Under the pieces are notes generated by a model. The model did not search any database. It worked only from the letters and a program-made list of their open reading frames with translations, and was not told the origin of the DNA. Below, piece by piece: positions 19,301 to 28,065 of a stretch of DNA of 40,994 bases; position 1 is the first letter of the stretch; every line of letters begins with the position of its first letter. The position numbers and the translations under genes are program-made. The DNA comes from Leptolyngbyaceae cyanobacterium (lineage in GTDB: Bacteria; Cyanobacteriota; Cyanobacteriia; Phormidesmidales; Phormidesmidaceae), in the NCBI GenBank assembly GCA_050331235.1, contig JBHJHA010000023.1, positions 1 to 40,994 of the forward strand. The letters are read 5' to 3'.

Positions 19301-19770
19301 CTCAGTGGGATCCGCGCAAAATAATCAAATAGGTCTCCCTCCTGTACTAAGTGACCATCAACGTAAATCGCGATCGCCTCAGCCCACCAGGTAAGCCCCA
19401 AGCATAGCGATAGCCCCGACAGCGGAAATCCCGCTAAGGCCGCTGGAATGGTTATGGATTGGCAGAGCCATAGTGGTTGCTGCCCCTGAGGCCAGGCAAT
19501 GTGATTTTTTCCATTGAGCGGCGCAATGGGCCAATCCGACCACGGTTGCTGAGCCAGCACCTCCGACAGTGAAAGTGCCGATGGACTAAGGCGCCACTCG
19601 CCTTGGTGCGATCGCTGACTCAGGGCGCGCAGCTTGTCTACCGCGAGGGTGATTGCGGCATTGTCAGACTCAACGTGGGGAGGCATCAATTTATCGTTAA
19701 CCATTACCGTCTCGTTCAAAAGGGGGGCACGGCGATCGTTGCCAGCAGCGGGGGAACTTCCGCTCGCCAT
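16396..19770 (-). CDS. Alpha-mannosidase, glycoside hydrolase family 38
   Basis: Zn-binding GHAHLDLAWLW, nucleophile WLPDCFG, and GDHGGGP, ELYLELHRG, NQFHDILPG. Exact start uncertain. Confidence 0.93.
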   Translation of the reverse strand: MASGSSPAAGNDRRAPLLNETVMVNDKLMPPHVESDNAAITLAVDKLRALSQRSHQGEWRLSPSALSLSEVLAQQPWSDWPIAPLNGKNHIAWPQGQQPLWLCQSITIPAALAGFPLSGLSLCLGLTWWAEAIAIYVDGHLVQEGDLFDYFARIPLSHCVKAGQTFAIALRLTSPGHDAGALVRSQAIYESLQPDQPEPGFVADELAVLQTYAQQLNPDYLADIAAAIAPLDWSAVCDQGHFLRELTDLRDRLQPLSAWLKQRQITCVGHAHLDLAWLWPVADTWQAAERTFRSVLALQTDFPDMTYTHSSPALFDSLETHQPELFHTVQTAVKQGAWSIDAGLWVEPELNTLGGESLARQILYGQRYSRSRFGDESAIAWLPDCFGFSWQLPQLLSLGGIQYFATQKLRWNESTPFPHSFFWWEGQDGTRLLSLTLPPIGTDVDAPQMAFHSAVWEYQTGLADMLWLPGMGDHGGGPTRDMLERAQRWQASPFFPRLEFDSPFNHLQRLTAAVATNTIDAGTSLVQHDRSDGPRKASVGSESGAAAKPLPVWKDELYLELHRGCYTVHADQKWYNRRCEDALREAELFAAIAQMHSGSPYPQAALETAWKQVLFNQFHDILPGTAIPEVFATVNPEWQAAYSTAKAVRENALKAIAQTLPQLSPPVPEALPLLVFNSLNWPQTQLVEVALSTLPTPSTQWRVWDAATGQALTTQISQRDSLDYVPGQSYDPPVPESCLLFSAVVPPVGYRLYWLLPGATDHPDVVDEEHQLSLRLTNDHIRVEVDPQTGDLMGISDRQSQNNWVRSPANQLQTFADAGQYWDAWDIAPDYQDHPLPPATLQAIEWIERGPLRQRLRVIRDIAESRIQQDYVLDQTLPYLKVVTRVEWRATQVVLKVAFPLTIEAPVATYEIPFGAIARPTAPTDPHDQAKWEVPAYRWADLSTPAGGLSILTDYKHGFDALPDQLRLTLLKAPLWPDPQADRGCHQFTYGLYPHEGDWRASKTPQQAIAFNTPFQVVVGQAMAAATANAAPTEQSSEDYSQQSFLDLGTDCVQLAALKQAEDDPDQYILRVCELYGEAVTLTVPATAVVRTNLLERAIATETPLHLQPWQIATFKLAHLSKSP

Positions 19771-19876
19771 GGCGAGTCTCTTTGGGCAGACACCCTACCT
19801 GGACGAAGAAACACAAGCCCCGTTTGGCGATATGATAGACCTTACCAATTGCTGTCAATAGGATGAGAAGCCTGCA

Positions 19877-19993
19877 ATGCTGACCTTGAAGATTGTCGTT
19901 TATATTGTCGTTGCCTTCTTTGTTGGTCTATTTATCTTTGGGTTTTTGAGCGGAGACCCGTCTCGTAATCCCGGTCGCCAAGACATGGAATAA
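19877..19993 (+). CDS. psbI: Photosystem II reaction centre protein I
   Basis: Below the ORF-track length cutoff. Manual translation: [38 protein letters not shown]. Confidence 0.98.
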   Translation: MLTLKIVVYIVVAFFVGLFIFGFLSGDPSRNPGRQDME

Positions 19994-20097
19994 TCAGACC
20001 TCAGTGGAATCGTTGAAGGCGGCTGAATAACTATCAGTCGTCTCCATTTTTTTGCTGAGCTGGCGTCTCTATCGCGCCAACCTGATGTCTGCACTCT

Positions 20098-20124
20098 AAA
20101 GCCCGCTTGCCGGGCTTTCGTTTT
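20098..20124 (+). terminator. Intrinsic terminator after psbI
   Basis: AAAGCCCG-cttgc-CGGGCTTT followed by CGTTTT. Confidence 0.7.
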
Positions 20125-20140
20125 GATTGGCTGGTCGTTT

Positions 20141-22606
20141 ATGCCCTACTTTCCCCCTGCCGATTTTCCGCCGCCACCACTTGTTCAGACTGTACAAATA
20201 GTGGCTTCTGCAGATGGGGGAGATCTCCCTTCTGATTCTCAAGACATCATAGAGACTAGGCCATCGCAACCTTCAATCCGGCCTGCCGCCACTGGCGGCT
20301 CCACCTCGTTGCAACAGCCAGCGCCTGAGCCCACAACCCATAACGCTCAGTTTTCTGAGCCCATTTCAGTCAGTGATGTTGAGTCTCCGGCACCATCGGA
20401 AACTCAAGCAAGCTTCTTGTTAGAAGCCTCCCAACCGCAAGCGCGGCCCACCCATGTTGTGCCATTGTCAACCGCTGAAAAGTCGGCGGCGACAGCGGCA
20501 ACGGCAGCCGAATCCGAACCGACATTACGCCCTTTTTTCTCGGAGTCTTGGGTCTCTCAGCGCCGTGAGCCACAGCCGACAGATGCTGCTGACGAGGAGG
20601 ACGAAGAGATTGATTCTGGCGATCGCCCCGAGGTCGACGAGGAGTCAGAAGATGAAGCTTCCAATGAGACCACCTTTCCCCGTGCGGCTACACCAGAACA
20701 AGACTGGTCAAATGGTGCCGTCATTGAGAATGGGGTCCTATTGACACCGACTCAGCCGACCAATCGGCCTCCAGCTCCTTTGCGATTGACAGCCGATTAT
20801 CAAGAGTTTGAGCCCCAAACTCAGGTACTGACGGCTAGGGGCGGGGTCGTTTTGCGGCTGCGTAATGGGGTGTTACAAGCTGATCGGCTTTGGGCAAATT
20901 TGGCAAACCGTTTCGTGATTGTCGAAGGCAATGTGGCCTTTACCCGAGGCGAGCAAACCATCGAAGCCGATCGCGGAGAGTACAACCTCATCCAGGGGGA
21001 AGGCAGCCTGTTTGATGCCCGAGGCACCCTCTTTTTGCCTCGCACAGATACTGACTTAGGCGGCTTTAATGATCCACAGGGCCCGACTGAACCGGGCATT
21101 ATTGCTACCGACCCGATTGGCAGCGTTCAGGGAACCAATAGCATCAACTTCGGGACAGGGGTAACCGTCCCCACTGATGCCTCTGGCCTGCCTGTGCCCA
21201 ACGTTGGGGGGGCTGTCCGGCGCTTTCGATTTGAGGCCGCTCAGCTAGATTTTGACTCTGAAGGTTGGTACGCCCAGGAAATTGCCTTCACCAATGATCC
21301 CTTTTCGCCTCCGGAGCTAGTGTTTCGGGGTGATAGTGCAACGCTTACCCGAGTCACAGAGTTCCAAGATGAGCTGTATGAGCAAAATGCCCAGTTGGTC
21401 TATGATCAAGGACTGCGGGTGCCCCTGCTCCGAGAGCGGGTATTGGTCAATCGGGGAGGCCCCGATAGCGCTAATCCATTTTTTGTGAATTTTGCCTATG
21501 ACGATCGCGATCGTGATGGTCTATTCGTTGAGCGATCATTCCGCGTGTTTGACAGCGGTGCCTGGCAGTTTTTCTTAACCCCCCAGATTTTGGCCCAGCG
21601 CTTTGTCACCAGCGACTCCGATGCATCGTTCTTAAGCAACTTTGGTCTGGAAGCAGATCTCACTGGCTTTTTGGGACCGCGAACGGCAGTCAGTGCCAAT
21701 GCCAGTTTTTCTGGCTTGGACCTCGACAATATAGAAGAACGGTTACGCTCCAGTGTACGGGTGCAGCGCCTCATCGGAGACCACACCCTCAATTTGGAAT
21801 ATAGCTACCGCGATCGCTTGTTCAACGGGTCGCTTGGCTTTCAGACCGTCCAGAGCAGCCTAGGAGTCGTGCTAGTATCTCCCTTCATTGAAATCGGCGA
21901 CACCGGTATCTTTATCAACTATCAGGCATCAGCACAATACATCAATGCCGACACTGACCGATTAGATCTTTTAGATGATTTGACGCCTCCCTTTCGGGTC
22001 AGTCTAGGGCGTTTGCAGGGCAGCGTTGGCATTAGTCGAGGCTTTACGCTTTGGCGGGGAGAGGCCCTGCCAGCTACCCCCGATGCCGGCCTCCGATTTA
22101 CGTCAGTCCCCCGAGTTCCCAACATTCAGCTAGTTTTGTCTGGTCGAGGCACCTACACCTATTACACTAGCGACGACACACAAGATAACCTGTCTGGCAG
22201 TATTAGCCTCTTTGGCGAGTTTGGCCACTTCTCCAAAGACTTCTTAGATTCCACAGTATTTAATCTGACCTATTCTCGTGCTTTCATTAGCGATACAGCG
22301 ACTTCTCCGTTCTTATTTGACCGCAATGTTGACAGCAATACTCTCAGCGGCGGCATCATTCAACAAATCTACGGTCCCTTCCGATTAGGGTTTCAAACCT
22401 CTTTCAACTTAGATACCGGCGAGGTGATCAACACGGATTACCTGCTGGAATACAATCGACGCACCTACAGTATTTTTCTACGGTTTAACCCCACTCAGTC
22501 AGTGGGTTTCCTCGGCTTCCGGCTGAGCGAGTTTGACTGGGCTGGCCGTGCGGCTCGATTCGGCGGTGCCGACATTCAACAGGTCGAAGGAGGCGTAGTG
22601 CAATAG
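20141..22606 (+). CDS. DUF3769 protein (LptD/OstA-like LPS-assembly outer-membrane protein)
   Basis: OstA-like LRLTADYQEF...ARGGV...LQADRL, FTNDPFSPPEL, EYSYRDRLFNGSLGFQTVQSSLG and QQIYGPFRLG; lies downstream of psbI as is usual in cyanobacteria. Confidence 0.88.
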   Translation: MPYFPPADFPPPPLVQTVQIVASADGGDLPSDSQDIIETRPSQPSIRPAATGGSTSLQQPAPEPTTHNAQFSEPISVSDVESPAPSETQASFLLEASQPQARPTHVVPLSTAEKSAATAATAAESEPTLRPFFSESWVSQRREPQPTDAADEEDEEIDSGDRPEVDEESEDEASNETTFPRAATPEQDWSNGAVIENGVLLTPTQPTNRPPAPLRLTADYQEFEPQTQVLTARGGVVLRLRNGVLQADRLWANLANRFVIVEGNVAFTRGEQTIEADRGEYNLIQGEGSLFDARGTLFLPRTDTDLGGFNDPQGPTEPGIIATDPIGSVQGTNSINFGTGVTVPTDASGLPVPNVGGAVRRFRFEAAQLDFDSEGWYAQEIAFTNDPFSPPELVFRGDSATLTRVTEFQDELYEQNAQLVYDQGLRVPLLRERVLVNRGGPDSANPFFVNFAYDDRDRDGLFVERSFRVFDSGAWQFFLTPQILAQRFVTSDSDASFLSNFGLEADLTGFLGPRTAVSANASFSGLDLDNIEERLRSSVRVQRLIGDHTLNLEYSYRDRLFNGSLGFQTVQSSLGVVLVSPFIEIGDTGIFINYQASAQYINADTDRLDLLDDLTPPFRVSLGRLQGSVGISRGFTLWRGEALPATPDAGLRFTSVPRVPNIQLVLSGRGTYTYYTSDDTQDNLSGSISLFGEFGHFSKDFLDSTVFNLTYSRAFISDTATSPFLFDRNVDSNTLSGGIIQQIYGPFRLGFQTSFNLDTGEVINTDYLLEYNRRTYSIFLRFNPTQSVGFLGFRLSEFDWAGRAARFGGADIQQVEGGVVQ

Positions 22607-22958
22607 TACGCCGCCCCAAAATGATAAGGCCGCCGAGCTTACCACAACGATTTCAGCGGTGGGAGTCACTTTAATGTGAGCGGTTCGAGAGTTACCCGAG
22701 GCGCGGCTCAGTATTGGATAGCCCCAGCTGAAAGAACACTGGCAAATTTGGAGATTAGCGCTATAAATGGATCAACCGTTAGCAGAGAAGCACCCAACAT
22801 CTGAGTGACAACGGTAGTTAAGCGGAAGTTTTTCCACCGGCAATGAGATCTTTTTGTGCTTTTTGAGCACAATAGCAACAACACATTAAGGAAGAAGTTG
22901 TCAGTCGACATGAATTCCTTATTGGGGCGACTACGCCAGATTAGGGGCAACTATATCC

Positions 22959-24809
22959 ATGGGCCAGTTGGACAAATCACTGAGTAACCCAAACGACGAG
23001 GGTAATGAGGGCAAAGTTGCCCGCGAAACGCTGCGAAAAGTTACTCAAGACCTGAGAGCGCTCAAAGATGAGTTTTCCAGTCAGCTCAATCAGGATATTA
23101 CCCGTCTGCAGGGAACCAAACATCGCTTACTCAATGACATTGAAATCCTTGAGGAGGAGTACCATTCTCTGCGAGAGGAGCTGGTCGCCCTAAAACAACA
23201 GCAGGGTGCGGAGCTCAGCCGGCAACAACTAGCACAACAGCAGCTGTGGGCGAAGAAGTTGGCCCAAGCGTTGGCAACCCACCTGCAGGGAAAGCTATTG
23301 CAGAATTCGCCGTACATGACTTCGGCTGCCAGCGTTAAGACTCCGAGCAGCGACTCCCTGCAAAATGCTTATCAGTTGCTATCGTCCCTAGACTCCAGCT
23401 TGAACGATACGTTGCATTCGCTACAGCAAGACTTGAATAGCTATCAAAGCTCGCTATCGCAGCAAATTAGCCGCATGCACAGCATGGAGCAGCAAGGTGA
23501 AGCTCTTTTAGACGCTTTAGTCAGTCGTCTCAGCCAGCAGTTGCAAACTCAGATTGCTCGCCCGGCAACGATGCCTGCTGGGGTCAATGGCAACGGCAGT
23601 GGCCAAGCCCTGTATGGTTATCCCTCAGCCTCACAGACATCCGTGAATGGTCATCCTGCAACATCGGTGTTGTCCTATCACCAATCAGGGGCAGCGACCA
23701 CTGCACACTTAGGTCAGCAGGGCGATCGCTCCCAGCCAGCCACAGGCGATCGCCTACCTGCCCCCGCAGCCAAACCTCGAACTACAAGTACAGCAAAGTC
23801 TTTTCAAAAAGGCCTGATTTTCATCGTGTTCTCAACGTTGGCCTTGTCATTTCATAATGTGCTGGTGGGCATCATCGGCTATGGCGGTCAGATCTTTGGC
23901 CAAATTCCGGTTGAAGGTATCTTTCCCCTAAATATTCCGAACTCATTGATGCTGCTATGGCTCAGGATGTTAGTTGTGTTGCCTATGATGGTGACTGTGG
24001 CGGGCAAAATTTATCCCAACGTGTGGGCTGACATCCGTAAGTTTTTAGGGGCCCGGGATAAGCGGCCCATCTTTCAGGTTGTAGCCAGCGGCACTTTTCT
24101 ATTCATCTCGCAGGTACTGATTTACAAGGCCATTTCTGATATCGGTCCGGGCGTGGCAGTGACACTACTGTTCATGTATCCCCTCATCACCGTGCCCTTA
24201 GCTTGGTTCCTGTTTGGCGATCGCCCTACTCCGCTGCGGGGCTTAGTAATGTTTGCCATTACGATTGGCATTGTATTTACTGCCCTCCCACGAATTTCCA
24301 GCGACTTGGCCGTGGGTACGGTTTCGCCGTGGGGCGTATTTGCCGGTCTGCTGTCAAGTGCAGCCTTTGCCCTTTATCTGGTCTCGATGCAGATCGGCTT
24401 CCGCAAGCTCCATCCAGTCCCTGTCACGCTGATCCAGTTCACAACGATCTTTATCCTCACCAGCATTATCTTGATTTTGGGAGCCTTCTTTGGGCTAGAG
24501 ACGGGCGAACCTAGTAGTTACTCTGGGCTTTATTTGGCGGGCATTTTGTTAGGGGGGCTAACTCTGCTCGGGTATCTTTTCAACAATTTTGGGGTTCGGC
24601 TGATGGGCGCTGCCCAAGCCTCGATCATTGCAGCAAGCGGTCCAGTATTGACTGCCATTTTGGCCTTCCTCATTACCCCCGGTGAGAAGTCAACGCTGCA
24701 GTTCATCCAGTGGATTGGGGTCTCTTTGGTGACCCTGGGCGTTTTGGCGCTGAGTTTAGAAAGACTTAGTCAGAAACCCAAGGCTTCTAAACCCGCTAAA
24801 GCATCTTAG
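22959..24809 (+). CDS. sepJ: Septal protein SepJ (FraG): coiled coil, linker and DMT/EamA permease
   Basis: Coiled coil with LDSSLNDTLHSLQQDLNSYQSSLSQQISRMHSMEQQGEALL, a short P/S/T/Q linker, and a multi-TM DMT domain (GVAVTLLFMYP, GAAQASIIAASGPVLT). Confidence 0.88.
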   Translation: MGQLDKSLSNPNDEGNEGKVARETLRKVTQDLRALKDEFSSQLNQDITRLQGTKHRLLNDIEILEEEYHSLREELVALKQQQGAELSRQQLAQQQLWAKKLAQALATHLQGKLLQNSPYMTSAASVKTPSSDSLQNAYQLLSSLDSSLNDTLHSLQQDLNSYQSSLSQQISRMHSMEQQGEALLDALVSRLSQQLQTQIARPATMPAGVNGNGSGQALYGYPSASQTSVNGHPATSVLSYHQSGAATTAHLGQQGDRSQPATGDRLPAPAAKPRTTSTAKSFQKGLIFIVFSTLALSFHNVLVGIIGYGGQIFGQIPVEGIFPLNIPNSLMLLWLRMLVVLPMMVTVAGKIYPNVWADIRKFLGARDKRPIFQVVASGTFLFISQVLIYKAISDIGPGVAVTLLFMYPLITVPLAWFLFGDRPTPLRGLVMFAITIGIVFTALPRISSDLAVGTVSPWGVFAGLLSSAAFALYLVSMQIGFRKLHPVPVTLIQFTTIFILTSIILILGAFFGLETGEPSSYSGLYLAGILLGGLTLLGYLFNNFGVRLMGAAQASIIAASGPVLTAILAFLITPGEKSTLQFIQWIGVSLVTLGVLALSLERLSQKPKASKPAKAS

Positions 24810-24811
24810 GG

Positions 24812-25350
24812 AAGAAGATATTTGAGAATTGATCCGAGGCATCGACCCAAGCTAAGCGCCGCAACATAATGCAGATCCCAACGAAGTAGATAAAGGGTTT
24901 GCTGGTGTCCGCCAAGCCTCAAAATCTTAGCTCAAGCGTCCATCGCAGTTGAACCAGTCGAAGGGACGCTCGACCTTTCAGCGTTTTTCCACAAAAGGCA
25001 AGCCCTGAGCCGGGGCAGGCCTGAGGAGGGCGCAAATCCCTCAACTACAGTACCTCGGCAGCCCGTTTAGTAGAGAAGTGCCCCATCATAGCCTACGGCG
25101 TCGGCAAGCATCATGGCAATTTTGATACTTGGCTATCGACTATCAACTCTGAAGGACTGTCCGCACGGCCTTCAACCAGACCACTGATGACATGGAGCTC
25201 ATCATGAATGGTCCACAGCGTCTCCTCTTTTTCCAATGCCGTAAGTCGGTGTAGACCGCTTGCCAGGGCAGCGAGTCATCCGGTAAGCCTCGCCAGCTGT
25301 ACGCTTAAGCGCATCGACCAGGCGACGTGAGCGTTGGTTGACCGACTGCT
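24812..25350 (-). mobile_element. Decayed IS5-family (IS1031-like) transposase remnant with one degenerate terminal repeat
   Basis: Minus-strand fragments across frameshifts and stops: RRLVDAL / SWRGLPDDSLPWQAVYTDLRHWKK / TLWTIHDEL..EGRADSPSELIVDSQ / SIKIAMMLADAVGYDG / KR*KVERPFDWFNCDGRLS*DFE / DTSKPFIYFVGICIMLRRLA. End-like sequence GAAGATATTTGAGAA at 24814-24828. Confidence 0.85.
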
Positions 25351-25389
25351 GTCAGGCAGGTTTCGCTGCCCTTATTCAGCTCAGCTAAA

Positions 25390-27882
25390 TTAACGCTTGA
25401 GGGGTCCGTGGGACAGCCGCGGTATCAGCCGCTGCCACAGCCAGATGCCCCAGTGTAAGCCCGTTGCGGCCCACAACGACCCAGCGCTAAAGTACACGAC
25501 CATAGCAATCACACCAAAGCACAAGCACTGAAATACATAGAAAGAGCGGGTTTCGATCGATTGGCGCAAAGCCATCTGATGACGCGATCGCCAAAGGCAA
25601 TAGAGCACAAATAGCCCTAAACTGGTCGCCGACCAAATCAAACCTGTCCAGATCCGTACTGCCTCGCTCGGGTGGGGCAGCAGCAACACTCGAAAAACGA
25701 CTTCCTGTAATAGCGCGGGGACGAAGATCGCTTGCACGGCGAGAACCGGCGACAGCGGCTTAGCGTCGGGTGATAGGCGCAGATGATCGGCATCAGGAGT
25801 GCTCTGAATGCCCACATAACGGGCGATCGCAAAGGCCAAAATGCCTAGAGCCACGGTAAAGAGATCTAGCCATCTGGGCCATTGCAAAGCCTCAATTAGC
25901 CGGGAAAAGGTGGTCGGAACAATGACAAATTCCCCAAATAGCTCTGTCGGGGCCAGCGGCACGATGGTAGAGTCCTGTCCCCCTACTTGGTTGGTGCGCA
26001 AAAACCACATTTCTGCTCCATGGTCGAGCAAAATTGCGGCCAAATTATCGTAGGCTACCCGGGGAATCACCGTACGCCAGCTCAGTAAGTTGTTGACCAA
26101 ATTCGTGACATTGCCAAAGGGCTCTGATTCAGCCTCGATACCCGAGAGCACCTCAGCATTCTCAGCCCAGTCAGGGCGGGCAATCCCGAGGGGAACCAGT
26201 TCTCGTTGCAGATATTTGCCAAGGGATAGCAAATCCTCAAACAGTGCGGTTTGGGGATCGTCGGGATGGGTCGCAAGCCAATCGCTGATCGCAGGCTCAG
26301 AATCAACGCGTTGGCGAATGACCTGAATCGTTTCGAACAGCGCCTGGCTAGAATCTTGGACGCAGGATTGGGCTGGCGTAACGATCGCCGCCCCCGTGCC
26401 ATCCCCGGTTCGATAGCGGGCCATCATGACGACTAACTCCCGCTGAAATTCGGCGAAGGGATTGAGCGTAATCTCGCCAAACTGATAGACGTGGCTCAGC
26501 GAGGGAATCTTGACCAACACATCCGAAATTGGTCGTGTGCCCAACCAGCCCCGTTCTAGATTGCCCGTAAACTCAGCCCACAGGGTACGGCCAGAGACGA
26601 TGCCTTGGGGATTGTGGGAATACACCTGGTTATAGATGATTTGCAACCGGGGGCTCTGGGTAAAGGGATCGAGCACCACCTCCCCAATGCCAAAGGCATA
26701 ATGCCCTGTCACGGTACCCGGTACAGAGCGGGTCTCGGCTTTCTCGCCGCCGATGCCGCCAAATAGATGTACGACCAGTAGGCGATCGCCCACCTGCCAC
26801 TGCGATGCTAGCTTAATGGGATCCGCCCCCGTCTCAGGGGTGATGAGCACCGACTGCACGGTACCTTGGCGCTCAGGGGTCTGTCGCCAGTTACCAAAGT
26901 TGATGTAGTTCAGCGCTTTAATGGGTCCGGCAATCACTTTCTGAGGGGTCAGCTCAAAGAGCTGCCGAGGCGCAATCGCCTTAACTTCAAAGATCCCGCT
27001 GCTTTGCTTTGCACCATAGACGTACCAGCCACTCTCCCCCGCTGGCGAGTCGGCGATCGCCTGCGGCGTCGACGGAAAGACGCCATTCTCCTTGGGTGCA
27101 ACCTGAGGCCAACGCACCGTTTCAACGGCGCCGTCAAAGGTTTGGGTGGTGGGGTTAAAATGTTGTACCCGCTGGTAGTTACTGGGGCAGGGAGAGCTGG
27201 CCGGGCAGTCCTCGGCGGCGGAACGGGTGTTATCTGGGCCCAACACCTGCACGAGACCGTAAAACCGCTCAGGAATTTGAATTGGAATCGCATCAATAGC
27301 GACCACTGAGTTCGCGACATCAACAGTCAAGCCCTGCTCGGGCAGCGCCACAATCATGTCGTCTTGGGGGCGAGTCCCCGCCAAAGACTGGAGTGGACCG
27401 ACTTTGCCCCAGCCATTAAGCCGGGTGGGATGAATGCGCCCTTGTTCAATACTTGCGATTGCCGCCTCGTCAAATTTAATTCCCCGCGTCACCAAGGCTA
27501 AAAAAGCTTGATTTTCCGGTGTTGCTTGCCACTGGAGCCGCACCCGACGACCGACCAAGTCAGACTGCGGGCTGGTGTAAATCTCCATCCAGACCCAGTC
27601 CATCGGGTCGGCCTCAGCCGCAGTCTGATCGGGCAGAATCAACCGTCCTGACCAGTTAGCTAAGGGGAGGTAGCCAGCATCGGGAAACTGTTGGGCAGGA
27701 TAGTCACTGAGCTGGGCAAATTTCTCTGCCGGCAATACTTGGGCCGATGTCGGTGGCAGTCGTCCCCACATCCCTCCACAAACCAGGAGCACCATCGCCA
27801 ATAGCCAACTCAGATAACGCTTTGACCAGCGCGATCGCCGACTCAACCATTTTATTCGCCATCTCTGCCAGCAACGTCCCAT
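25390..27882 (-). CDS. Large exported-domain protein with C-terminal CPBP (CAAX/Abi) membrane domain
   Basis: Signal/TM N-terminus; conserved-looking HLFGGIGGEK, TGHYAFG and MMARYRTGDGTG..TPAQSCVQDS; C-terminal PALLQEVVFRVLLLPHP...GSLW..LHW. Confidence 0.85.
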   Translation of the reverse strand: MGRCWQRWRIKWLSRRSRWSKRYLSWLLAMVLLVCGGMWGRLPPTSAQVLPAEKFAQLSDYPAQQFPDAGYLPLANWSGRLILPDQTAAEADPMDWVWMEIYTSPQSDLVGRRVRLQWQATPENQAFLALVTRGIKFDEAAIASIEQGRIHPTRLNGWGKVGPLQSLAGTRPQDDMIVALPEQGLTVDVANSVVAIDAIPIQIPERFYGLVQVLGPDNTRSAAEDCPASSPCPSNYQRVQHFNPTTQTFDGAVETVRWPQVAPKENGVFPSTPQAIADSPAGESGWYVYGAKQSSGIFEVKAIAPRQLFELTPQKVIAGPIKALNYINFGNWRQTPERQGTVQSVLITPETGADPIKLASQWQVGDRLLVVHLFGGIGGEKAETRSVPGTVTGHYAFGIGEVVLDPFTQSPRLQIIYNQVYSHNPQGIVSGRTLWAEFTGNLERGWLGTRPISDVLVKIPSLSHVYQFGEITLNPFAEFQRELVVMMARYRTGDGTGAAIVTPAQSCVQDSSQALFETIQVIRQRVDSEPAISDWLATHPDDPQTALFEDLLSLGKYLQRELVPLGIARPDWAENAEVLSGIEAESEPFGNVTNLVNNLLSWRTVIPRVAYDNLAAILLDHGAEMWFLRTNQVGGQDSTIVPLAPTELFGEFVIVPTTFSRLIEALQWPRWLDLFTVALGILAFAIARYVGIQSTPDADHLRLSPDAKPLSPVLAVQAIFVPALLQEVVFRVLLLPHPSEAVRIWTGLIWSATSLGLFVLYCLWRSRHQMALRQSIETRSFYVFQCLCFGVIAMVVYFSAGSLWAATGLHWGIWLWQRLIPRLSHGPLKR

Positions 27883-28065
27883 CGTGAATGATTCTCAGAT
27901 GTATAGCCAATCCTGCTCCAAGGTATAGCAAAATTTAGACTTCGGACCTGACCACGATCCAGCCAACTATCAGTGACATGTCGATCAGTCAAGCCCCTCC
28001 CAAAAACCCATAGCTTGGCCCCGTCCCTGCCCCCGTTTCCTTGTCCCCATCTCCCGACTAAGGTC

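Noticed and set aside
19900..20094. 64-aa minus-strand ORF
   Set aside because: Antisense to psbI.
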